From NCBI GenBank assembly GCA_963754925.1, contig CAVWHX010000005.1, positions 32,001-96,000 on the forward strand: a DNA stretch of 64,000 nt. Reading direction: 5' to 3'. The DNA comes from an uncultured delta proteobacterium. GTDB taxonomy: Bacteria; Myxococcota; B64-G9. Both the position numbers and the translations under genes were made by a program. This document shows positions 55,486-64,000 of the stretch, piece by piece. The stretch's first letter is position 1, and each line of letters opens with the position of its first letter. Below the pieces are notes generated by a model. That model was given only the letters and a program-made list of their open reading frames with translations. It was not told the origin of the DNA and searched no databases.

Positions 55486-56469
55486 ATGACACCTGATGCG
55501 ATACTTGCTTTGGGAAGCAAATTTATGGAATCGAGAATTTTTCTTACGGCCGCCGAGCTGGATGTATTTACTCTGCTGGCGAAAAATTCAATGTCTATAA
55601 AGGAAGTCGCGGATACTTTGAACGTCACCGTGCGGGGTATTACCATAGTGCTTGATGCGGTGGTGAGCATGGGGTTGCTCGAAAAAAAGAATGAAAAGTA
55701 CCACTGTCCAGCAGAAGTAGCCTCGATACTATCAAAGGAATCGTCGAGTTCGATAATGCCTATGGTCATGCACTCCGTTGGATTATGGAAACGGTGGTCG
55801 GATTTGACCGCAATTGTACGCCACGGTACCGCACGAACCAGGCCATCAGTGTTTGATAGTCGCGAAAGCGAACAGGAAGCCTTCATCGGCGCCATGCATG
55901 TTATTGCCAACAAGGTGGCTCCCGGAATTGTGGAGGCGATACAACCAGGAAAAGCCAAAAAGTTACTCGACATCGGCGGCGCCTCGGGATCATATACCCA
56001 GGCATTCCTCGAAGCCTGTCCGGATATGAAAGCCACTATCTTTGATCTTCCCTCGGTAATCAAAATTGCAAAGCGGCGTCTGGCCGGGACCGGTTTTCTT
56101 GACCGCATCACACTCGTTGCGGGTGACTTTTATAACGATGAACTGCCCGTCGCTCATGATCTGGCGTTGCTCTCGGCTATTATTCATCAAAACAGCCCAG
56201 AGCAAAATATTGACCTGTACCATAAGATATACCGTGCCCTGGTGCCGGGAGGAAGACTGGTCATCCGCGACCATGTCATGAGTCCGGATCATACGCAACC
56301 GACGAGCGGAACCATTTTTGCCGTGAATATGCTCGTGGGAACGCCGGGGGGCGGCACCTACGCCTTTGATGAAATTCAGGCGTCGCTCGAATCAGCCGGT
56401 TTTATTAAGATCAAACTGATTCAGGATGATGAACGCATGAAGGGATTGGTAGAGGGTTTTAAACCTTAG
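55486..56469 (+). CDS. SAM-dependent O-methyltransferase (family 2, dimerisation domain)
   Basis: AAELDVF, LLDIGGASG, FDLP, AGDF and ALVPGGRLVI. Confidence 0.9.
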   Translation: MTPDAILALGSKFMESRIFLTAAELDVFTLLAKNSMSIKEVADTLNVTVRGITIVLDAVVSMGLLEKKNEKYHCPAEVASILSKESSSSIMPMVMHSVGLWKRWSDLTAIVRHGTARTRPSVFDSRESEQEAFIGAMHVIANKVAPGIVEAIQPGKAKKLLDIGGASGSYTQAFLEACPDMKATIFDLPSVIKIAKRRLAGTGFLDRITLVAGDFYNDELPVAHDLALLSAIIHQNSPEQNIDLYHKIYRALVPGGRLVIRDHVMSPDHTQPTSGTIFAVNMLVGTPGGGTYAFDEIQASLESAGFIKIKLIQDDERMKGLVEGFKP

Positions 56470-56480
56470 GTTGCGGTAAT

Positions 56481-57500
56481 TCATTCGGGCATAAGCAGTA
56501 TTTTACCAATATTCATTCTTTGTTCCATGCGTTGATGCGCCTCCGCAACACGCGAAAAAGGATATCGCGAATCGACCACCGGCTTCAGCTTGCCTGCCCG
56601 ACAAAACTCAATAAGTGTTTTCAAATCTTCAATCAGCGGTTCTCCCGGGAGTCCCGATAGTACCAACCCAGATACCGTTCGATTCTGGTTCATCAGTTTC
56701 AAAGGGTTAAAGCGGGGCATCCCAACCAGCTGTCTCACCATCTGAAGAATACGGCGCTTGCCGCCACTGTTTAGGTTGGCGAAACCATACGCCAGAAGCC
56801 GTCCGGACGGGCGCAGGAGATCGTAACCACGCTTCCAATCCACTCCTCCCAGCGCGTCAAATACCGCGTCCACTCCCTTTCCGTTGGTAATACGTCTGAC
56901 CTCGGACACGTAATCTTTGGTTCGATAGTCGATCGGATAGTCACAGCCATGGTGCCGCAATATTTCATGCTTTGAGGCAGATGCCGTTCCAATGACGCGA
57001 ATCCCGCCGACCATTTGAGAAAACTGTAAAAGCGCGAGCCCCACGCCTCCGGCCGCCATATGAACCAAAATTGTTTCACCCGGCTGAACGTTGGCCATTC
57101 GTTTAATTAACTGGTGAGCCGTTAAGTAATTGACCGGCAGGCTGGCCGCAGCCTCAAACGAAACTTCTTTCGGAAGCTTGACCGCGCGATTCGATGTCAC
57201 ACACACGGTATCGGCGTGCCCGCCAAACGGGGTCATAGCAACCACACGATCCCCGACGGAGAATCCTTGAACGTGGGGCCCGAGTTGATCGATTGTGCCC
57301 GAAATTTCGTACCCCAAAACGCAGGGAGGTTTTGGCGCCGCAGGGTAAAGACCTAACCGCGCCATGATATCGGCAAAATTAAGGCCGGAGGCACTGACTC
57401 TCACGCGCAGTTCATTAGCGCCGGGTTGAGGATCCGGAGCTTCGCGCACTTTTAGCACCTCGGTTCCTCCCCGCTTCATCATCCATATTGCATGCATCAT
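56481..57500 (-). CDS. MDR-family NADPH:quinone oxidoreductase (VAT-1-like)
   Basis: GLNFAD, VNYLTA, HMAAGGVG and NIGKILL. Confidence 0.9.
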   Translation of the reverse strand: MMHAIWMMKRGGTEVLKVREAPDPQPGANELRVRVSASGLNFADIMARLGLYPAAPKPPCVLGYEISGTIDQLGPHVQGFSVGDRVVAMTPFGGHADTVCVTSNRAVKLPKEVSFEAAASLPVNYLTAHQLIKRMANVQPGETILVHMAAGGVGLALLQFSQMVGGIRVIGTASASKHEILRHHGCDYPIDYRTKDYVSEVRRITNGKGVDAVFDALGGVDWKRGYDLLRPSGRLLAYGFANLNSGGKRRILQMVRQLVGMPRFNPLKLMNQNRTVSGLVLSGLPGEPLIEDLKTLIEFCRAGKLKPVVDSRYPFSRVAEAHQRMEQRMNIGKILLMPE

Positions 57501-57794
57501 TCTTCCTTCATCAGCACCGTCGTCAGGTCTCTAAACTTTATAAGATCGATAGAGCCAACCCCGTTGATGCTCATCGAAGTCGAGCACAAAGCATGCCATC
57601 AATTTTGGATCTGTATAATCAATGTGTTAGTGAAGTGAAGATAACAGAAATGATAGGAGTGTGATCAAAATAACCGGGCTATTTTGTGCTCATTGACCAA
57701 ATTCATTTAGCGCTATTCAGATAGCCTACTGCCCCTAATCTATTTTTTTGGAGATTCTCTTGGGTCTTCACTCTAGGGGAGGTCTCCCTTTTGA

Positions 57795-58109
57795 TTAAAC
57801 TTTAATCCACTCGGACCATGGAATAGCCCACGGTTGACCTGAAGACTTTTGCAAGCAGTCCTTGCAGACCATTTCAGGGGTGCAGGCGTGACAGATAGTC
57901 ATCATCATGTCTCGTATTTCCTTTTGCGCTCCCGAAGACCTGCGAGATTGTACATACGCGTTTCTGGGACCTACTAAATATCCTTTACCTTTTTGGATGG
58001 TGCCCGAGCATCTATCACATTTCGCCACGGTCCCTTTGGAATTTTGCGACCACCACTCTTTTGCTTCCTCGGCCGCTTTCCTCATATTAAGAAAGGTGAA
58101 TAACCCCAT
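57795..58109 (-). CDS. Small hypothetical protein with CxxC motifs
   Basis: GGAGG RBS then MGLFTF, with CDRC, CHAC and CKDC. Confidence 0.55.
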   Translation of the reverse strand: MGLFTFLNMRKAAEEAKEWWSQNSKGTVAKCDRCSGTIQKGKGYLVGPRNAYVQSRRSSGAQKEIRDMMMTICHACTPEMVCKDCLQKSSGQPWAIPWSEWIKV

Positions 58110-58346
58110 GGTTATACCTCCATAATCCCTCGTTATTCGCACCTCATGGGGCGCCGTTTCTCCTGATTCTCGCCACGGCCTCAGCATCACGAGAACCAAA
58201 AAGCCAGTCTCGAGTGCTACGATGTGGCCAGGTGATGTTCTTGGACAGTACTTCTAGGCCTGTTTTATGTTCGCTGTCAAGGGCTATAGTTTGCCCTAAG
58301 GCGAACCTCTGTTGAGCCTGACGCAGCCGCTGAGAGGCCTGTTTTC

Positions 58347-59177
58347 TTATGGGGACAGTAGTTTCTTAAAAGCGTTTTTTCCTTTAATCACGCGCGATGG
58401 ATCGGTGCTGATATCAACAACTTCAAGAATGATGAGGTGAGGAAAGTCCCTTAAAAAATTGACGTACGTGGAGTAATCGTAATTTCCGTCACCTAACGGT
58501 AAATGGTCGTCGTGTTCCCCATGATTGTCCGTTAGGTGAATGTGGTAAATGCTGTCACCTAATAAACGAATGCCTTTCTCCGCACCATCTACGAGCCTGG
58601 CGTGTCCCATGTCCAACGTAAACCTCAGAGAGTTCCCAACTTTTTCTCTGATTTCCAATAAGTCCTCAAAACAGCGGTCGATAGAGTTCGGGTCGATACC
58701 GATATTCTCCAAACAGATGGTTATGTCTTTTGAGTTTGCGTAGTCATTGATGCTTCTCAGTGAATCAATATTATGATTCCACTGGGTTTTGGTCAGTATG
58801 TTGTTGTTGGTTATGTTGTTCTCCGGGGTTATCTTAAAGGTAAACTTGCCATTGTGAACAATGAGGGTTTTGGATTTCAATTGTTCACTCAGATCAACTG
58901 ACTTTTTAATAGCTCTAATGGATTCTTCTCTAATGCCTGCATAAAACGCAGCGATATTAAGTTCATGAAAGGGCGCATGAACGCTTATCTCCATTCCATG
59001 GTTATATAAAATATCTTTTGCCTCGTTAATTAAATCTCGTGGCACATGGTCTAAGTCTATAAACGGAAAGATACAACATAGCTCAAATGCGTCAAAGCCA
59101 TTCTCCGCGGCGGATTTCAACGCATCGATCCATCGCGCTTTTATCATTGCGACGCTACTCATTCCTATTTTGGGCAT
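58347..59177 (-). CDS. Sugar phosphate isomerase/epimerase (AP endonuclease 2 TIM barrel)
   Basis: SVHAPF..LN, CLEN, LDMGHA and HIHLTDN.G..DDHLPLGDG. Confidence 0.88.
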   Translation of the reverse strand: MPKIGMSSVAMIKARWIDALKSAAENGFDAFELCCIFPFIDLDHVPRDLINEAKDILYNHGMEISVHAPFHELNIAAFYAGIREESIRAIKKSVDLSEQLKSKTLIVHNGKFTFKITPENNITNNNILTKTQWNHNIDSLRSINDYANSKDITICLENIGIDPNSIDRCFEDLLEIREKVGNSLRFTLDMGHARLVDGAEKGIRLLGDSIYHIHLTDNHGEHDDHLPLGDGNYDYSTYVNFLRDFPHLIILEVVDISTDPSRVIKGKNAFKKLLSP

Positions 59178-59322
59178 CGGTCACCTTACTCCTGGTGTAT
59201 GTTTTTGAGTACGTCCCCTCCACCCATATTGATGCGTATCAAATCGTATTCTTAAAAGCAATGAGCCCACCTCGTTATAGCGGTCCGGATCACCGAAGTT
59301 CCCTAATTCTTTCAAACCTGCT

Positions 59323-60729
59323 TCAGAAGAGATATCTAAGCTTCACATTTACCAAGTCCCTACCGCGGTAACTTCCAAAGAGGGTGTCGGGGTTGCCTAT
59401 GAATAAACTCAGACCGATCTCTGCTAATAGGTTGTCTTGCAACTGCCAGCCGATGCTGGGCATCAACACGGCGTCATGTTTCCAGGTGTTGAATATGCCC
59501 TTAAATTCGAGAATAAGTGCGCCGTCAAGGAGCTTCTTTTCGATAGTGCCGCTCAGGAGATTTGAGAAAAAAGGATCGACGAGGCGATCATTGTTTCCGA
59601 TATAAGCGCCTTGAAGATATTCAGCGGCTATTCTGAAGTATTGGTCATAGATCCAGTTTACTCCCAGCACGCAATAGAGAAACCCGGTATGGTGTATCGG
59701 CATCGTAAGTTCAGCGAGATTAGTGATAGACACGACGGCCGGTTTATCAAAGGTATAAGCCGCTTCTCCATACAAGGTAAACTCCCAGACGGGTATCGCG
59801 AAATCAACGCCAAGAGAAGTGACCTTTGCATAGTACGGCGCAAGCTCAATTTTGCCAAGAGGGTTATTGGGGTCCGGCACCAATCGGGGAAGCAGAACAA
59901 TGTCTCTATCGTAGCCATGATACACCGAGAGTGACATATCAAACCCATGCATGGTTGCTGCCAGCCGTGCGCCTACGCTATAGTCGTCAATAGAATGTCT
60001 GTCGTAGGTTAAGTAGGCATTATCGATGGGGGCCATCTCTACCGGCAGGCTGATGGTGCTATCCGGTATTCGCACGTTCGGTACCCGCAACGCCCACGGA
60101 CCTCCTCGCTCCGGCAATCTCGTTGGGGTATGCACGGGCGCGTACACCATCTGGAGGGAGAGATTGCTCCAAGAAACGTTCGCGGATGCGGCCGGTATCC
60201 CGACATACAGCTCTTCAGGGTCCCTGAGCACAATCTCTATCAAGTCAAAAGGATTGAAATACGACGTGGGACTTATCGTGTATGCCGTTCCCCATTTGAT
60301 TACTTGGTTCCCCGCTCGGATATCGACGGGTCCCAGTTGAACCGAAAGGTACAACTCCTGAACGTTGACTATCTCTAGGTTTCCAAAATAACGCCGCAGG
60401 ATAGGGGTTGCGGCCGTGGCAGCGTGGAGGTACGTGATAGTTTTCAAATATACATTATCAAGAAAGTCGTAGCGTGCATCGATTTTTGCATGGGCCTCAA
60501 ATTTGCTTATCGTAAATTCTTCCCCGTCTTCATTTCGGTATAGTCCATTGAGACTGTACAGGGTTCTTTCGATACTGATTCCGTAATAGTTGGTCGATTC
60601 TACATATCCGCCGATCGATAACCTACTCTTCTCCGGCTCCTTCCCGGTATCCGGATCCTGCATCTGGGCAAGCAGCGTTAGCGGAAACAGAAGCAATAGG
60701 CAAGTAGGCGCTGTCAACCATCGGCTCAT
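59323..60729 (-). CDS. Outer-membrane beta-barrel (DUF1302-like)
   Basis: Signal peptide, ELY...D.R.G.Q...WG, FNP.D and C-terminal YLF. Clustered with the LolA-like and MMPL genes. Confidence 0.75.
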   Translation of the reverse strand: MSRWLTAPTCLLLLFPLTLLAQMQDPDTGKEPEKSRLSIGGYVESTNYYGISIERTLYSLNGLYRNEDGEEFTISKFEAHAKIDARYDFLDNVYLKTITYLHAATAATPILRRYFGNLEIVNVQELYLSVQLGPVDIRAGNQVIKWGTAYTISPTSYFNPFDLIEIVLRDPEELYVGIPAASANVSWSNLSLQMVYAPVHTPTRLPERGGPWALRVPNVRIPDSTISLPVEMAPIDNAYLTYDRHSIDDYSVGARLAATMHGFDMSLSVYHGYDRDIVLLPRLVPDPNNPLGKIELAPYYAKVTSLGVDFAIPVWEFTLYGEAAYTFDKPAVVSITNLAELTMPIHHTGFLYCVLGVNWIYDQYFRIAAEYLQGAYIGNNDRLVDPFFSNLLSGTIEKKLLDGALILEFKGIFNTWKHDAVLMPSIGWQLQDNLLAEIGLSLFIGNPDTLFGSYRGRDLVNVKLRYLF

Positions 60730-60800
60730 CCGCCAACATCCTCCATCAATAACATCCGGAACGCCGGATCCGCCATTTCACCCCTACCTAATCCATTATC

Positions 60801-61565
60801 TTATTTACTGAGCCCTTCCTTGGTAAACAGCCGGTCGGGAAGACCGCTATTGTACCGTACATTCGACAAATCAACGGTTGTGTATCCGCCGGTCTTCAGA
60901 TTTTCCATTTTGCCGCTGAGGACGGTCCAGATATCGTTGATCTTTTTGATATTCGACACGGTAAATCGCTTGATCGGATTGTTGGATCCATCAAAGAAGT
61001 CCGCCCGTATGAGGAGGAAATTGTCTTTACGAATCCATGCCAACCGTTTGGTGAATTTTTCGCTCGTATCCCTTGCCCGTGCCTCCACGACATAGCAGGG
61101 ATAGTCTCCAAGATTTTCCTCCCTAATTAATGTAAAGTCATCCTTTTGTAGACTTCTTTTGGTGAAGTCTTCGTAGCTGTAGTCGCTTCCCATAAAGCTC
61201 TTTGACTTGTCTGATGCGGCTATACGGCTCACCTGCCGCAGGGCGGGAAGGTACATCCATAGGTCATTGTCCTTGTCGCTGAAACTCCAGGTCAGGAATG
61301 ATGTATCCTTAATATCCGCGGGCGATCGAAATACCATGAGCACTCGAGTGTCCTTACCATAGTCCTTTCGGTAGACTTTCAGGTCTCTTTTCTTTTCAGA
61401 TCCGTCCGCTTTCACGATCTTCATCAACATGTCTGATTCAAAGTCATCGCCGTCCTCGATGTTGTAAGCCTTTTCGGCTATTTGGTAGCCGTTTTGCTCC
61501 GCATGGCATGGCAATGATAAAAGGATAATGAGAGCTGGCGGGATAAGACCTACCCATCTACCCAT
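60801..61565 (-). CDS. Outer-membrane lipoprotein-sorting (LolA-like) protein
   Basis: F.SPADIK.T.FL, WMYLPALR...RI and SFMGSDYSYED. Confidence 0.88.
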   Translation of the reverse strand: MGRWVGLIPPALIILLSLPCHAEQNGYQIAEKAYNIEDGDDFESDMLMKIVKADGSEKKRDLKVYRKDYGKDTRVLMVFRSPADIKDTSFLTWSFSDKDNDLWMYLPALRQVSRIAASDKSKSFMGSDYSYEDFTKRSLQKDDFTLIREENLGDYPCYVVEARARDTSEKFTKRLAWIRKDNFLLIRADFFDGSNNPIKRFTVSNIKKINDIWTVLSGKMENLKTGGYTTVDLSNVRYNSGLPDRLFTKEGLSK

Positions 61566-61582
61566 AACACACCTCCTCGACA

Positions 61583-63889
61583 CTATTTTTGCTGCAACTG
61601 CCCGACGTCTGCACCCGTATCTTTGAAAAAGATTATCATCATCGACGGCAGCAGGAAGATATCGCACAATACCGCCAGAGAAAGGGTCATGGCGATGAGC
61701 GCTCCGAAGAATATTACCGACTTGACGTGCGCAAGCAGCATAATCAGATATCCGACGACCAGGTATACGTTGGATACGAACATCGGTTTGCCGACCATGA
61801 GCAGCGCCTGGTCAATGGCCTCCCGCTTCCGAGTGCCGAGGGATCGCAGCCTGTTGTACATGTTCATGAAATGGATGGAATTATCGACCGACAGACCGAT
61901 GGTAATCGCCGCAATGGTTACCGTTGCAATATCGAGGAATATACCGGTTGCGGCCATGAAGGCAAGGGTCAGAATAATGGGAAGAACATTCGGAAAGATT
62001 ACAATCAATAATTGCGCGACCGAGCGGAAAAGGATCCCCGTGGCCAAGAAGATGAGGATAAAGGCAATGATGAAGCTCGATATCTGACTTTGAGCGACAT
62101 AATCGATAAGCTTGGTATAGAGGGGAAGATAGCCGCCGAACGTTATTCCCACCTTATCGCCGAAGACACCTTTTATTTCAGCTTCGGCGCTGTCCTTGAA
62201 GGTCTCTAGCGTCCTGCTGGTCGCCATGGGAATACGCACCGTCAGTCTCGCTTCGCTGTAGTCGTTTTTTACCAGGGTGGACAGATCATTGTCTTCATTC
62301 AATTCATAGGAGAGGAGTTCCTGTGCGACGGCGTTACTGGAGTCCGGGATTCTGTAGGAACTTTCCTTGCCGTCGGTGAGAACCTGGTTGAGTTGTTTTA
62401 CTACGTCGACAATAGACGTTGCCTTCTGAAAATGAGGATTTCTATCTAAATTTTGTTGTAACCTGTCGAGATTCTTTAAAAATGTCGCTTCTTTCACCCC
62501 CTCGACCCCTTCAGCTTTGATTTGTATTTCATTGGGGAGATAGAATCCATAGTCTTTCTCTACAAACAGGGAGTCTTGCTTCACCTTGTTGCTGTCGAGC
62601 AGAAGATCGATGCTGTAGGTGTCGACGGTCAGATGAAAAATCCCATACACTCCTACGACCAACAAGATCAGGCTGGACAACAAGATCTTTCTATGATGCC
62701 TACCGTTTATAGAATTGACGAAGCCCAAGAATCGATGAAACCGAAGGTCCATGCGATCCCCTGTGGGCGATGCTTGTTGCGATGCACGACGTTTCTTCTG
62801 CTCGTATCTGCCGATAATGAAGGCACTGACGATGACCGCCACGATAAGCTCCAGCATCACGCCTATGGCGGCAAACAGTCCGAAGCTTTTGAGTATATGC
62901 ATGGGGCTTACGGTGAAGGCAAAAAAGCCCAGGGCGGTGGTGAGGGAGGTAAAGAAACAAGGCGCCATGGTGAACGCCAGACTGTCTCGCAACCGATGCT
63001 CCCCTTCTGGAAACGTTTCATAATTGGCAAAGATGAAAATAATATCCTCAAGCCCGAGTATGACGATAAGGGAAGGAAGTATGGCCGAGACCATATTAAG
63101 CTTTTGTCCGCAGAAAGCGTATACCCCCAAAAAGAGCAGCAGGTTTATTGCTGCTGCTACGATCGATGCAACCAGCAACCGGGCCCTTCTGAAAAGGAAG
63201 ATCAAAGTCGCCAGAATAAGCACAAACGACAATAGCGTAAAGAGAGACGCGTCATCCATGCTGATGCGGTTCAATTCATCATAGACCACACCCATTCCGG
63301 CAAGACGGTAGTCGATACCCTTGAGCGATTCTCTAATAAACTTGAGTAGCTCCGGACGCATTGCATCCATGTCTTTGCTCGCCACCGGTTCGATGAACAC
63401 CATCGTTGCCGTCCGGTTCTTATTGAAGAGCAACTTGTTCCACAGAGGCGAAGCTTCAAACTTGCTTTTGAGAGCGTCCCCGCTGAAATTTTCGTCGGGG
63501 CGTTCTTTCACAAAGTCTTCCACGACCAGACTATCGTTGCGTCTTTCCGTGTATGGGGCCATGGTCATGGACATGACCCGTTTAATCATCTGACTCTGCT
63601 TAATGTGTTTCGAAATGTCGTAGATACGCTCGACAAACGGACGATCAAACACGTTGCCGCCTGATGGTATCCACGCGATGACGATCTCGTCGGTACCGTA
63701 TATCCTTTTGAATTCATTGTAATTAACGAGTGTGGGATCGTCGCGCAGGAACCAGGTTTCAAGTGAATTGTCAATTTTAAGGTTCTTGAGCGACGTGGAC
63801 AGGGCTAGGGTTACCATCACCAGAGCGAGGAGGATGTACCATTTTCTCTTAATGAGGATCTCGGCAATTTTTTGAAGAAGATTTTTCAT
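61583..63889 (-). CDS. MMPL/RND family transporter
   Basis: Two TM blocks with periplasmic loops, TSLTTALGF and IGLSVDNSIH. Confidence 0.9.
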   Translation of the reverse strand: MKNLLQKIAEILIKRKWYILLALVMVTLALSTSLKNLKIDNSLETWFLRDDPTLVNYNEFKRIYGTDEIVIAWIPSGGNVFDRPFVERIYDISKHIKQSQMIKRVMSMTMAPYTERRNDSLVVEDFVKERPDENFSGDALKSKFEASPLWNKLLFNKNRTATMVFIEPVASKDMDAMRPELLKFIRESLKGIDYRLAGMGVVYDELNRISMDDASLFTLLSFVLILATLIFLFRRARLLVASIVAAAINLLLFLGVYAFCGQKLNMVSAILPSLIVILGLEDIIFIFANYETFPEGEHRLRDSLAFTMAPCFFTSLTTALGFFAFTVSPMHILKSFGLFAAIGVMLELIVAVIVSAFIIGRYEQKKRRASQQASPTGDRMDLRFHRFLGFVNSINGRHHRKILLSSLILLVVGVYGIFHLTVDTYSIDLLLDSNKVKQDSLFVEKDYGFYLPNEIQIKAEGVEGVKEATFLKNLDRLQQNLDRNPHFQKATSIVDVVKQLNQVLTDGKESSYRIPDSSNAVAQELLSYELNEDNDLSTLVKNDYSEARLTVRIPMATSRTLETFKDSAEAEIKGVFGDKVGITFGGYLPLYTKLIDYVAQSQISSFIIAFILIFLATGILFRSVAQLLIVIFPNVLPIILTLAFMAATGIFLDIATVTIAAITIGLSVDNSIHFMNMYNRLRSLGTRKREAIDQALLMVGKPMFVSNVYLVVGYLIMLLAHVKSVIFFGALIAMTLSLAVLCDIFLLPSMMIIFFKDTGADVGQLQQK

Positions 63890-64000
63890 GTCGGCGCCCA
63901 CTTTTTCATGACGGTTTTTGATACCGCTTAACTCGACAGTATCTTTTCCAGCTTTTCGTAATCAATTTTTGAATTGTGCCTCGGGTCCCTGGGTATTTCC

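Overview
A 64-kb chromosomal stretch of an anaerobic, deltaproteobacterial-type bacterium. That lineage is inferred from the 16S 5' signature, a MYXO-CTERM-like tail, myxobacterial-style Cys-rich proteins and syntroph-type FadD/acyl-CoA dehydrogenase/POR genes. It holds a complete rrn operon (16S, tRNA-Ile, tRNA-Ala, 23S, 5S), tRNA-Leu(TAA), about 50 CDS, an IS3/IS407-group element splitting the gamma subunit of a 2-oxoacid:ferredoxin oxidoreductase operon, three intact toxin-antitoxin pairs plus TA remnants, and four genes broken by single-base frameshifts. The most unusual signal is non-coding. Downstream of the real 5S gene lie three progressively more degraded, same-orientation copies of the 5S 3' part plus its terminator (about 28.4, 29.4 and 41.9 kb), separating blocks of accessory cargo. 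Each copy is interrupted by a ~55-bp double-hairpin mini-element whose stems covary. The same element sits in the 23S-5S spacer and inside a methyltransferase pseudogene. Several other diverged gene tails and leader segments are also duplicated. Together this suggests serial, homology-anchored gene capture at the 3' end of the rRNA operon, with no integrase in the window. All identities are by-eye estimates and no database search was run.
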